A stretch of 64,000 nucleotides of DNA from Carcharhinus longimanus (lineage: Eukaryota), in contig JASCQW010000112.1 in assembly GCA_030264375.1 (NCBI GenBank), positions 45,727,709-45,791,708 of the forward strand. The letters run 5' to 3'. The position numbers were made by a program, and so were the translations under genes. The notes under the pieces are model-generated. The model ran no database searches. It was not told where the DNA came from and worked only from the letters and a program-made list of their open reading frames with translations. Each line of letters opens with the position of its first letter. Position 1 is the first letter of the stretch. Below, in pieces: positions 1-12,262 of the stretch.

Positions 1-248
1 CAGTGATTAGCGCTGCTGCCTCACAGTGCCAAGGACCCAGGTTTAATTCCGTGTCTGCTTGGGTTTCTTCCGGGTTTCTTCCAAAGATATGTGGGTTAGG
101 TGGATTGGCCGTGCTAACTTCGATCTAGTTTAAGGGGCATTAGAGGCTAAATATGTGGGATTACCGGGATAGGGCTTGGGTGGATTGGGGTCGGTGCAAA
201 CTTGATGTGCCAAATGGCCTCTTTCTGCACTGTAGAGATTCTATGATT
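1..248 (+). mobile_element. HE1/V-SINE-type tRNA-derived SINE with CR1-like tail (internally deleted)
   Basis: tRNA-like head gattagcgctgctgcctcacag...gtttaattcc; tail ggcctctttctgcactgtagagattctatgatt; matches the full copy at 56730-57068. Confidence 0.85.
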
Positions 249-1249
249 TGAAAGTGTGCTAATGGGAATCTAGAGTGGAGGAATTTCAAAAGGCAAGATT
301 GAACACAGTGAGATGAACCATAGTTACTACTATTTGAGTGGGAGTGACTTTTGGAGAGAATCCCAAGGAGAGAAATTCAAAGCTGAAGTTGGGAATATCT
401 AGTGAGAAAGAGTGTCAACTAAAAATTGCCTGACTTGGTGTTTTTGAATGGTTGGATGGGTTCTTGAAAAACCCATGGACTCTGTCTTGGTTGAAAATAT
501 CATTTACTCAGTAGTATCATGTGTACAATCCCAGTTAATCTGTTAGTTCACATGTACTTCATACTTATCCTTCTCGTTTCCTCCTCCTCCTCCTTAATCC
601 CTTGCCATTCATTCTTGAGTCCATCATTGTTCTTGTGGATATTCTTTTTCTCCCACATTTCCTTCAATTTTAATGTCTTCATTCCCTTTGTTGATCTGAC
701 CTTTCCCCTTCTCAAGGCCACTGGTACCTTTGCTTTCTAAGACCCTCACCCCTCAGGACTTACAACTGCTGACGTACAGAATCCAGATGCCTTAGGTGAA
801 TGTAACTTTGTCATCTCCTTCCCAATACTGTGACTCCAACCGCCAGGATAAAATGCCTCAGTTAACTGACCATATCCTACACAACAGTGTGTTCATGATT
901 TCGTTGTCTGTAGAGGGGACTTCTGCCACCGAAGATTTAGATCAAAACTTGCATACCAAGCAGAGCCCTCTAACATGCCTCGTACAACCCCAGGACAGTC
1001 TGCTCAATATGCCCCAGACAGCCTGGGCATCCTTTATGCTTAGAAATCTAAAACAACTACTGTTCATAGGAAATTGATTTATTTCAATAGTGCAAAACCT
1101 CAGACAATCAACAATTCTTCAGTTTGCTTTTCAAGTTGTTACTTTGCAACCTGGAAGGGTATGAATTTGCACTATCGGGTTGGTCTTTTCTAACAAATGC
1201 CCCAGCTCACTCCAGATTGATGCCTATGACAATCACACCATGGCCCACT

Positions 1250-1545
1250 CACAATGGTTAGCACTGCTGCCTCTCAGCACCAAGAACCCCGCTTTGATTC
1301 TTGGCTTGGGTCAATTTCTATGCGGAGTCTGTACGTTCTCCTCGTGTCTGTGTGGGTTTCCTCTGAGTGCTCCTGTTTCCTCCCACAGTTCAAAGGATGT
1401 GCTGGTTACGTGCATTGGCCATGCTAAATTCTCCTTCAGTGTACCTGAACAGCTGCCAGAGTGTGGCAATTGGGGATTTTCACAGTGGTTTCATTGCGGT
1501 GTTGATGTGGGCCTACTTATGACGCTGATAAATAAACTTACTTAA
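1250..1545 (+). mobile_element. V-SINE-type SINE, alternative tail subfamily
   Basis: Same head and V-domain (gtacgttctcctcgtgtctgtgtgggtttcc), but tail ggggattttcacagt...gcctacttatgacgctgataaataaactt. Confidence 0.85.
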
Positions 1546-1849
1546 AAACTTAAACTCTCTTCAACTTGACTCCAAGGATAGTGCAGTATCATCCTTTTGA
1601 GAAATGAACAACTTCAATTTATATATGTGCAGACAAAGCTCCTTGATGCAAAGTCAGAAAATTATCTTCATAAATGCCTACATTTTCACTTCAAGAAGAG
1701 CGACAAATATTCTTTAAATTGAGCATGCAAGAAGAGACAGATGTTTGTTGGGGTTTTCCCCAATATCAACAAAGGCTAATGTTGGGTGGAGAAAGCAGCA
1801 TTGAAGCCATCAATGACAATGACAGCTTTCCCTATCATATAGTGCAGAA

Positions 1850-2015
1850 GTATTCCTGTTAGACTAGAACCAATGGCTTCCCTAAAGTAATTCAGCAAAT
1901 AATGCCTTTTGTTGACCCAGAAGGTGAAGTGTTCCCCCAAACTGCAGACTGCTGCCAACACCCTGCATTCCTGAAACTTTTCATCCCCGTGACTTCCCCT
2001 TGGCATATATGGTGC
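1850..2015. repeat. Diverged repeat copy A (homologous to 3241-3407)
   Basis: Near-ungapped alignment to 3241-3407, roughly three quarters identical by eye. Confidence 0.8.
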
Positions 2016-3240
2016 AATGGAAATACAAGTCACGAGTCCCACAGTGTAGTGCTGGCAGGGCAACCTCTCATTTGCCTGCCCTGCCATCCAATTAGACACT
2101 CCATGATCCAATGTGCCAATTTTAAAGGCTTCCCCAGCACACAATGAGCAAACCAATTCACCCTAGTGAACCCACCCATCTTCTCCTGGCATGACCCCCC
2201 CCCCCCCCACTGCCCTCCACCCCCCCATCCTGAGCCAATATTCNNNNNNNNNNNNNNNNNNNNNNNNNNNNNNNNNNNNNNNNNNNNNNNNNNNNNNNNN
2301 NNNNNNNNNNNNNNNNNNNNNNNNNNNNNNNNNNNNNNNNNNNATTCTGCCAACACACTGTGGTGGATGGAGTTTCTGACGAGGGATAGGGGATGATTCC
2401 AGTGTACAGGCCTGATAATGACATGTTAACTTATTATGATATTCCCGATGTCCAACATTTGGAAATGCAGCCCATCAATTTCGCGGAAATCTTTCACGCT
2501 GACATGAAACTCAGCTTTGCACTTTTCACCATAATTGCTGCTTCCGTCACCAAATCCACCCAACATGAACAGGAGTGGAAAATCCTGACCTGAGAATGAA
2601 GCAAGTTTAGGCCAAATTCATTTATGTTTCTTCATGTTTCTAAATGCTCAAAGAGGAAAAGCCAACTAAAGGATAAATCAATGATTATGAAGAAGCCAGC
2701 ATGCTAGCAAGATTCATTCTGTATTTGATAAATCACATTACTCTTGCTGCAACATTTTAGATATGATTAGCAGGTCAAGTATGATACACTGTTCTGGAAC
2801 CACTGATCTGAAAGTTTAGCTAGCCCATAAGTATAAAATTTTCTCAGTTTATCACACGTTGACATAATTATGTTTAATTACGCATGGAGTACAAACTATC
2901 GATATAGATTATAGATCTGAACAGCAAGCCTTAAGATTTTACTTTGTTCATTATATCATTTCCTTATTTTGTGCAGATCATAATGGTTTGAATAAACATT
3001 ACTACTGGTGTTCATGGCTATATTTGCACAGGGAGCCAATTTAAATTACTGCTACCTGGCAATAATTGGTAACACAGCAATTAAAATCAAAGCAGTTGAA
3101 ATACAATACTGTTGCTGTCCTTAGGTTTTCTTGAAGCAACTATGAATTCATGTTACGTGTGGTCTTATTTTATAAATTGGACCAAAGCCTCTTCAATAGC
3201 TTACTGAGTGGAATTTGCACCAAAAAATCTTCACGTAACA

Positions 3241-3407
3241 GTATCTCTGTTGGACAAGAACCAAAAGCCTCCCCAAGGTAATTAAACAAAATAATGCCTT
3301 TTGTTATGTTAGAAGGCGAAGCATTCTCCTGAACTGTCGATTGCTGTCAATGCCTTGCCTTCCTGAAACTGTACACCCCTGTGATTTACCATTGCCAAAT
3401 GTACTGC
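3241..3407. repeat. Diverged repeat copy B (homologous to 1850-2015)
   Basis: Shared blocks taatgccttttgtt, agaagg(t/c)gaag, ttcctgaaact. Confidence 0.8.
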
Positions 3408-3802
3408 TTACTCAAATCCAGAGAGCTGCCTCAGGGCAGCCATTCACTCTGGACCGTTGAGTGGGTGGGTTCCTTTGAATAGTGCCCAGCCATTCAAATC
3501 CAACCCCTCCACCATAGCTGCTGGAGAGTCAGATATCAAAACTTCTGCAGGGCATTTTGTTTTACGATTTTGAAACATTCCCTTCAGCAACTACTGGACT
3601 AAAAGTTACACTTGTCCTCCCGATGTCTGTGGATTCCTTCATTAGTCTATTTGTTGATCTATTGCAACATTTGTTCATCCGGCAGTAAGGATACTTCATT
3701 TGCAAGCAATTAAAGAATTAACTTCACAAAGTAAATCAAAGAAAAAGGTCTAATAAAGGAACTTAATTCCACCTATGCTCTGACCACACCCTGGGCTGCA
3801 AA

Positions 3803-3872
3803 GAACATAAGAACATAAGAAATAGGAGCAGGAGTAGGCCATCTGGCCCTTCGAGCCTGCCCCGCCATTCAA
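3803..3872 (-). mobile_element. CR1 LINE 3' end
   Basis: agaacataagaacataagaaataggagcaggagtaggccat is the reverse complement of a CR1 3' microsatellite tail; runs into a gap. Confidence 0.75.
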
Positions 3873-4069
3873 NNNNNNNNNNNNNNNNNNNNNNNNNNNN
3901 NNNNNNNNNNNNNNNNNNNNNNNNNNNNNNNNNNNNNNNNNNNNNNNNNNGGAAAACGGGATTTAAAAACCCTGGAGTTTTTCCCCCCTTTGAAGTGAAT
4001 TGACAAGAAAAATTGGAGGGTGTGTATCAGAGGAGCTGTTGATTCACTATCGCCTGTTTTATGCAAATA

Positions 4070-4355
4070 GGGAGGCATGGTGGCACAATGGCTAGCGCTG
4101 CTGCCTTACCGCGCCAGGGAGCCGGGTTCAATTCCGGCCTCAGGTCATTATCTGTGTGGAGTTTGCACGTTCTCCTTGTGTCTGTGTGGGGGTGCTCCAG
4201 TTTCTTCCCACAGTCCAAAGGTTGATTGACCATCCTATTATCAGGGGATTAGCAGGGTAAATATGTGCGATTACAGGAATAGGGTCTAGCTGGGATTGTT
4301 GTCAGTGTAGACTTGATAGACTGAATGGCGTCCTTCTGCACTGTTGGGATTCTAT
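4070..4355 (+). mobile_element. HE1/V-SINE-type SINE
   Basis: A/B-box-like head ggtggcacaatggctagc...ggttcaattcc, V-domain, CR1-like tail. Confidence 0.9.
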
Positions 4356-5395
4356 CAACCAATTTCACCACCAGTTTGTAGTAGAAACTCAAACATTTAA
4401 CCAATATTACTCCGATAAAGGCCTGGCCTTGAGGAAGGAGAAAACTGCTCTGCGGAGTAAGGAAGTCCTCCTGCAGCAACAATTCTACTCCAAGCTTCTC
4501 AAAGGAGATGTCAGCGCAAGTTGCTGAGCAAATGGAACCGTTGTAGGATCACAAAGGAATAAACGGCACAGTTTGTTGATATGGTTATCATGTGTTCTTC
4601 AATGGTGGCCAGGCTCCCATCAATCGCTCATGGAAATACACGGTGCGATCAAGTGTGAAAGGTATCATCTGTAATATTTTGATCGGTTGTCAGCCTGAGA
4701 TGGAGATTCATGACTATAAAACTACAAATCAACCTCACAGGTCACTCAACTAAACAAAGGACAAATATGAAACCCAGCAGCCAGAAAGTTAAAAATCAGA
4801 AAATACTTTTCCTTGGACAATTAAGAATGGATCGTTGCAATGTGTGGCACGGTATCATATAATGTACAACCATGATTTATCAGTAACTAAATCCGTCAAT
4901 TCCATACCGTGAATTGCGCCAATTTTACACTAATGGAAAATGGCTTGTCCCTGCTGGTGTTTGGAGAAGTACTTAAACCAGAATTTGATGGTGTAACTTC
5001 AATAAACCACAAGAAGAGGGAGAATAGGTGGGATTTCCAGTCCCCCAGCCCACCCCCATTGCAATGGGTTTAATGACAGGCCAGCTTGGGAAGGTCTGGG
5101 GGGGGTGGTGTGAGGCCGTGGAGGGGTGTGAGGGGTGTGAGGGGGATGTGGACAATGCAGCGAGAACTGAAGAATCAGTTCTCAGAATCAGAATCAATCC
5201 CACTACCACCAGGAAATTACGCCAGTCCACTGCACGGCTGGAGCAACATTCAGCACGTCTCTGAAGAAAGCCTCAGTCAGTCTCTGGAATTCTGTATCAA
5301 AGATGGAGACTGCCAGTGAACAGACCCTGGAATGTCATGTGTAGCAATAGGTATAACATCAACTATGTGGATCTTCTCACTGCACCAGCTTATCC

Positions 5396-5631
5396 CAGGA
5401 AGTGGATCCTCTCAAAGGGATTTCCCTCAGGAAGTGGATCCTCTCACAGTGATTTCTCTCAGGAAGTGGATCCTCTCACAGTGATTTCCCTCAGGAAGTG
5501 GATCCTCTCATGGTGATTTCCCTCAAGAAGTGGATCCTCTCACAGTGATTTCCCTCAGGAAGTGGATCCTCTCACAGTGATTTCCCTCAGGAAGTGGATC
5601 CTCTCATAGTGATTTCCCTCAGGAAGTGGAT
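5396..5631. repeat. 32-bp minisatellite, ~7.4 copies (CAGGAAGTGGATCCTCTCACAGTGATTTCCCT)
   Basis: Head-to-tail units with few substitutions and no spacers. Confidence 0.95.
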
Positions 5632-5865
5632 GATGATTTTTCTCAAAGCGCCACACCCCATCTTGGAGTCAGCAGCATTGCCTGGCAATCCAGGCTCACC
5701 CTACACTCAGAAATTCTACTCCCTACCAATGTTTCTAACCTCACATTCACCTTCACTACTTCTAATTACCTCCAGCAATTCAGCCAAGGCATATGCATCT
5801 GGCTACTATAGTGGCACACAATCACTAGCATTTTCTCTGTCCTCGCAAGATAAGGTGTCACACTG

Positions 5866-6420
5866 AAGGGGAACTTTACCCCCCTGTTTTCAGCGGATGT
5901 GAAAACCAAAGGGAGTGGACAATCCAACAGTCATCCCAAAATGGCATTAACAGATTTTCATTGGTATTGTAGCCACTTCTGCCAATGGCATAATGGGATC
6001 CCTGCTATGAAAGGTCAGGAACCTCATTATCATACATTTCAATCTGATTTGGGGATCTCACTGTTGTATTATCCCCTTACGTAAGTACTCTCCCTCCCCC
6101 CCACCTCTCTGTTGTGACACCGTATCAGTGAGGTGTACAACAGATCCTCACAAATGGGGACCTTGCAAACAGAACCTGCCAGGGGCACACTGCTAAGTAC
6201 AGCCCCTAGTGGGGAGAGGGCCAAGCTCAGGCAGTACCCTAGTAATGCTCCCTGTCTCTGCCCCCAGCACTGCCAGGGGGACTTCAGTTGGGAAGGTACA
6301 GGGTGGGTGAGGAGAGTTCCCGGGGCAGAGTATACCTGAGGCAGTGTGGGTCCTGTGTCTGGGGGATTTTTTTTGTGTATTTCCGATCTGTCAGGGGCCA
6401 AGGTTACTGGCTCATTCAAA
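5866..6420. mobile_element. GC-rich non-autonomous DNA element (Harbinger-type MITE) remnant
   Basis: ggggaactttacc TIR-like start; ggcagtacc/gcactgccag motifs shared with other MITEs here. Confidence 0.5.
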
Positions 6421-6568
6421 CATCCCTCCATCATCATGGGACCCACAGCCAGGATTTATTTTGGNNNNNNNNNNNNNNNNNNNNNNNNNNNNNNNNNNNN
6501 NNNNNNNNNNNNNNNNNNNNNNNNNNNNNNNNNNNNNNNNNNNNNNNNNNNNNNNNNNNNNNNNNNNN

Positions 6569-7408
6569 AAGATATATTGTGAAGTTAGCCTATACTCTAA
6601 GTTTTACATTTGATTTCAGCATTAAGGTAAACATAATGTTTTCCAGTCCAGGTATGATTCAAGTGACACACTAGGAAGCTTTTATCAAAACCAACTTTAT
6701 ATAAGAACACAGTTTGAAAATAACAAAAAGATTTGGCATTGCTTTTACCAATTAAATACTTAAACATGACAAGGTATAATTCTTAACAACTAGCAATCTC
6801 TACAGTTTCAATTAAAAGCAATATCCCCGCAGACATGCACACTTCTTCAGAATTAGTTGCACAAAAACAGGTATGCTTATGTAGTGCTAGTTTTGCAACC
6901 TTTTAATACTCCTGGGCAAAGATCCAGATGCTAATTTCCAGAGAAGAACATATCCTGAAGCAGCAACTCTCAGAGAAAGAGTTACTCTTATACAGCAGAA
7001 TCTCAGAGAAAGAAACTTATCTCCTGGCAGATTCCTGTCTTCAAACTCAGAGAGGGGAAAAGGGAGGCACTGCTCTCTCTCTCAACTCCAAGCAGTATCT
7101 CAAAGCTCAGCTAAGCTTGAATTTTCTGTGTAAACCTAGCTCCACCCAGCCATATGATCCTACCTGTCAATCAATTTAATCAAGTCCCCCTCTACAAAAT
7201 CCCAGGGGAACACACTAAAAACAACAGAGCAACATTAGTCCAAATTAAAATACACATTGTAGCAAATAAAATCAATTATGCTGCTGCAGTAACAATAGAG
7301 GATACTAGTTAAAGACAGAATGGCATCAGTAAAATGGAATGGATTGCTAAAAACATCCTCCACAGAAACATGATTAAAATATATTTCTTAAAAGCACAGT
7401 ATTGTCAC
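6569..7408 (-). mobile_element. Probable LTR-like element
   Basis: Minus strand begins tgtgacaatactgtgcttttaagaaa (TG start); AT-rich LTR-like body; other end lost in a gap. Confidence 0.35.
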
Positions 7409-7409
7409 A

Positions 7410-8040
7410 GCATCATGAAGCCAGTTGTAATGGAACCCATGGCATCGCTGAGGATATTGATGATGACATGTTTCTGCCTTATGTCCTGATTCAACTTCCA
7501 GTTCTCCCTTCCCGCTGTCTGGCAGAATGAGCAAGCTGCAGATAGGGTGATCAAGGACCTCTTGCTCCTCACTACAATTCCATTTCCCACACATACTTCT
7601 GATGTTCTGCTTTCAAACACCCACAAACTGCCACCTGGCCAGCAACAGTTATCCGAGGAGGAAGAGAAAGAGAGCCTTACAGCCCAGCACTAAGGAAGAG
7701 GCTCTGTCACTCGTTCTGACATCTGCAGCCACCAATTCTGTCACCTCAGTTACCTTGGAGGCAAGTTTGGGAGATGGGATCAGCATGCAGCAAGTAATAT
7801 GGGCATGAGTAGGCTGTAATCAGGCCAGGATGAAATTATGATTCCCTTCACAAGTTTACCAAAGGGCCAGGTCACAGATAAGTTCTGCTGCAGAGGCCTC
7901 AAATGAGGTCTTCAAACCTGCAGTGTATCAGAAAGCACTGATGTATATGTACACAAAGAGGCTGAGCGTATTGATTGGCCTGTCAGGTATCCTCCTGTCA
8001 CTGTCAAGGAACATGGAGGAATCCAGCTCCAGTTTTGAGG
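7410..8040 (+). pseudogene. Harbinger Myb/SANT partner gene, C-terminal fragment
   Basis: EEALSLVLTSAATNS...SSAAEASNE...LLSLSRNMEESSSSF; the NMEES motif is shared with the Myb copy at ~14600 (aagaacatggaggagtcc). Confidence 0.55.
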
Positions 8041-8635
8041 GTTTGTCCTTCCCACAGTCTCTACTCTATTTTCATGTCATTCTGCTGAGCCAGGGGTACC
8101 ACCCCTCCTGTCTCCACATCTGCTGAAGCTTTTGTACATATGGTCTTCTATTCCTCTGCCCTCTCTGAAAGGATAGAGCATTACCCTCTGCAAAACCTGC
8201 AAACACACCATTGCTCCTGCAAGAACAGTCCGGTGTTTGTTCAGACATTTTGCCAGTGTAAAAGTTCTTAAAAATTAGTGGCTGGCCATTAAAGGAAGGT
8301 CTCTCTGACAGTTTCATGCCTGTGTTTGAAGAGTGACAAATAGGTTACCTGGACCTGCATGGTCAGATTAGGTAGCCTGAAGTTAGATGGGCTGGGTGGT
8401 GTTAGAATAGTGTTCCTTCACAATCTCCCATACACATTGCAGATCCCAGCTTGGGTGCCCTTCTCATGCAGGGTTTCTCACTCTCGGGACTCATTATGGG
8501 AATAACAATGGCTGATAAAGTTCATTGCTTCAGTGTTTGTTTTCAAGGCTTTTGGTTTGCAAAATAGTCATTATACATTGCATTTTCCTTTGAAACTCAA
8601 GCCCTTCTTTGAGACCCTGCAGAAATGATCTGCAC

Positions 8636-9075
8636 AGAACATAAGAAATAAAGTTAAAGTTTATTAGTCACATGTAGGCTTACATTGACACTGTAATGAA
8701 GTTACTATGAAAATCCCTAGTCACCACACTCTGGCGCCTGTTCGGGCACACTGAGGGAGAGTTTAGTATGGCCAATGAACCTAACCTCCCATATTCAACA
8801 AAAGCAGGAGTACGCCATTTAGCCCACCAAGCCTGCCCCGCCATTCAATAAGATCATGGGTGATCTGATTCCTCTTTCCTATCAGTTCCATCACCCTTGA
8901 TGCCCTTGTCAATCAAATATCTACCTAACTTAACCTTGAATATATTCAATGATCCAGCCTTCACTGCTCTTTGTAGAAGAGAGTTCCAACACGAATAACT
9001 CTCAAAGACAATATATTCCTCCTCATCTTTATTTTAAATGAAAAATCCCCTATTTTAAAGTTGTACCTCCTTTTT
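8636..9075 (-). mobile_element. CR1 3' fragment with nested SINE tail (~8650-8790)
   Basis: agaacataagaaata...gcaggagtacgccatttagccc...gccattcaataagatcatgg. Confidence 0.75.
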
Positions 9076-9080
9076 CTATT

Positions 9081-9313
9081 TGCAATGCCTTGGAAAGAGT
9101 GGTGACCACCAAGTGGAGAAAAGAACCTTTTATTAACAGGATTAACTATATACAGAGGATGAGAAAGATGTTACCGATTACTTTGACTCCAGTCTCCAAA
9201 CTGCCTGGGAGAACCCATGCTCAGCCCCAGAATTAGCACGCTTTGGCCCAAACGTTTGACCATATCACATGAGCCTCCAAAACTTCACCCCTTAAAGGAG
9301 CCTTGCTACTACA
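9081..9313 (-). mobile_element. Solo LTR (Gypsy-like)
   Basis: Minus strand TGTAGTAG...AATAAA...ATTGCA; flanks ctatt/ctgtt form a 5-bp TSD with one mismatch. Confidence 0.6.
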
Positions 9314-9774
9314 CTGTTCTTCCTGCCAAGTGAAGAACTTTCACATTTTCCCGCACTTCTCACATCTGATGGTGTTAGCAAAGAGCACATAGAAATGTTG
9401 AGACTAAGATATGTTTTATAATATCCAGCATGCTGAATTATAAAACAACAGCAAGGCTGCTGTTGTTTTAAGTCTGCTTAACATTCCCTTGGTGCAGTCA
9501 CATTAAAGGACAGCAAGCACAATCACTGAGTAAAGAGTTCAAAGTAGAAAGCTTACAACCTCCATATCAATTATTAATGTTTAATTATAAAATGTACACC
9601 CTGAGGGGCATTACAAGCTGGTAAAACATGCAACAGAATCAATGAATTAAGAGCTCAAAGGGTATATATCTGCACTGTTTGAAGAGATTTCAAAAGGTTT
9701 ATCTAGTAAAATATCTATATCCCACAAATGAACCCATCATACAAAATTCAGCTGTTCTTTCTGTTGGCATTGAC

Positions 9775-10740
9775 ACATAAGAACATAAGAATATAGGAAC
9801 TAGGAGCAGGAGAGGAGTAGGCCATTTGGTCCCTCGAGCTTGATCAGCCATTCAATAAGATCATTACTCCACTTACCCACCTACTCACCATAACCCTTAA
9901 TTCCTTTACTGTTCAAATATCTATCTATCCTTGCTTTAAAACATTCAACAAGGTAGCCTCACCTGCTTCACTGGGCGGGGAATTCCACAAATTCACAACT
10001 CTTTGAGTGAAGAACTCCTTCCTCAACTCCCTCCTACATTTGTTCCCCCTTATTTTGAGGCTTTGCCCCCTTAGTTCTAGTTTCACCCGCCAGTGGAAAC
10101 AACTTCTCTGCTTCTATCTTATTTACCCCCTTCATAATTTTACATGTTTCTATAAGATCTCTCCTCATTCGTCTAAATTTCAATGAGTATAGTCCCAGTC
10201 TATTCAGTCTCTACACATAAGCCAACGCACTTAACTCTGGAATCAACCTAGTGAATCTCCTCAACATCCCCTCCAGTGCCGTATATCCTTTCTCAAGTAA
10301 GGAGATCAAACCTGTACATGGTACTCCAGGTATAGCCTCACCAGCACCTTATACGGCTGCAACATGACCTTGCTGTTTTTAAACTCCATCCCTCTCTCCA
10401 TTTGCCTTCTTAGTTATCTCCTTCTCCTGAATATCAACTTTTTGTGATTCATGCACAAGGACACCCAGATCCCTCTATACAGCAGCATGCTGCAATCTTT
10501 TATCATTTAAATAATTTTCCATTTTGCTGTTATTTCTGCCAAAATGGATAACCTCACATTTACCAACATTGCACTCCACCTGCCAGACCTTCGCCCACTC
10601 ATTTAAACTATCTATATCCCTCTGCAGACTTTCAGCGTCCTCTGCACACTTTGTTCTGCCACCCATTTTAGTGTCATCTGTGAATTTTGGTGCACTACAC
10701 TTGATCCCCAACTCCAAATCGTCTATGTAAATTGTAAACA
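9775..10740 (-). mobile_element. CR1 LINE, RT C-terminus plus 3' UTR (degenerate)
   Basis: ORF 10475-10780: LFTIYIDDL...KFTDDTKMGG...LQRDIDSLNEWAKVWQVECNVGKCEVIHFG. Confidence 0.95.
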
Positions 10741-10974
10741 AAAAAATTGTAAACAAAGTCAAAATATTGACTTTGAACACATTGGAAGTGATGACCTAAG
10801 TCAACATGTTAAAAAGAGAACAACTTAGCCATATAGTTCCACGAACTAAGAATTCATCGGACTGTATGAGCTTTGATGAAAGAAGTAGGTTTCAGTATCT
10901 CCAGTGTTTTCTGAAGGTTTCCTTGCCTCAGGGTTGTTTGCCCCATTCATATGACTCAAAGTACCATTAAGAGA

Positions 10975-11330
10975 TTTTCTTTAAATTAATTTATGGGATG
11001 TGGGCCTTGATGGCTGGGCCTGAATTTATTGCCATCCCTAACTGCCCTCCATTTCAGGCAACTTTTGAGTGTCAACCACATTGCTGTAGACCTAGATTCA
11101 CGTGTAGGCCAGACCAGGGAAAGATGGCAGATGTCCTTTCCTGAAGGACATTAATGAACTAGAAGAGTTTTTACGACAATGGGCAATGGTTTTATGATCA
11201 TCACGAGACTTTTAATTCCAGATTTTATTGAATTCAAATTCATGTGCCATGGTGAGATTTTAACCCAAGTCCTCAGATCTTGCCCTGGATCTCTGGATTA
11301 CAAGTCCAGTGATAATACCACTGTGTCATA
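10975..11330 (-). mobile_element. tRNA-derived SINE with L2-like tail (second SINE family)
   Basis: gggatgtgggc...tttattgccatccc...gtcaaccacattgctgt...gtaggccagacc; also at 40755, 46150, 47790 and 60860. Confidence 0.8.
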
Positions 11331-11344
11331 GGATAGAAAGGCAG

Positions 11345-11460
11345 AATTGCATCAATAAAGTGCTTTTTATACTCAGTGGATCTAAGTACTTTACAGCCAG
11401 TGAAGTACTTTTGAACTGTAGATACTATCATAATGTATGAAATGGGGCAGAAAAATTGGG
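11345..11460 (-). mobile_element. DeuSINE (SacSINE1-like) 3' fragment
   Basis: tactttacagccagtgaagtacttttgaactgtag resembles the reverse complement of the shark DeuSINE tail as I recall it. Confidence 0.45.
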
Positions 11461-11513
11461 CATTGTTGTGGTTTATGCCTCAAAGATATGCAGAGTTAAT
11501 ACACTCTAGGATA

Positions 11514-12250
11514 TGGGTGTGATTTTCCTACGTCCTCCACCCCCCCACGCTAGTAAACTAGCGTAGCAGGGTGAAAAATATAAGCAGGAGTCAAAGTTTA
11601 GAATCTCCACCTGGCGGCTGGCAGGTCACAAATCTCCCAGGACATATTTTTTCGGGGAACAGTTCAAGGCTGATAATGTGATTCATGATCTCATTTCATG
11701 CTACTGTCCAGGCTCACTTGGCTCTCTGACCTCGCCAGCAAAGGTTCCCACTGGAGTGGACTACAGCTGGTCCCCAGCAACAGGGACCAGGCATGATGGC
11801 CTTGCTGATCGGCTAGAGGCCACTTAGGGCCCCACAAGAGGTCAAGAGCAGGGGTGCAGTGCCCCTTAGGCAGTACCAACCTGACACACTGACAAAACAG
11901 GGCCAGACAGGGGCAAAGCAGACATGTGATGGAGGGGACAAAAGGGTGGAAATCTGCATCGGGGATGGTGGCTAGTGATGGGGCTAGTGATCAGGTGTCA
12001 GGGTTCAGGGCCAGCCATTGGAGATCAGGGCCAGCCACCAAGAGGTTGGCAAACAGGGGTTGAGGGGTGGGGGAGGTTGATATTCATCTGCACTTTTCAA
12101 ATGAAGCTGAGGAGTTGTATGCTATCACAGTCTAGCTGCTGTGAAAGCTTGCAGAAAAACATGCTTTTCAATCACCTTACCAGCTTGATACAGTGTATAG
12201 GCCATACCTGAAGATGCCTCAAGCAGTGTGCCAGTCATTTTCAGCAGGCT
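11514..12250. mobile_element. Harbinger-type MITE remnant
   Basis: gggtgtgattttcc TIR-like start; GC-rich body with gcagtgcc motifs. Confidence 0.55.
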
Positions 12251-12262
12251 AACTTTTCTAAC

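Noticed and set aside
5396-5631. CRISPR-like array of ~32-bp repeats
   Set aside because: Units are contiguous with no unique spacers, there are no cas genes, and the context is vertebrate; it is a minisatellite
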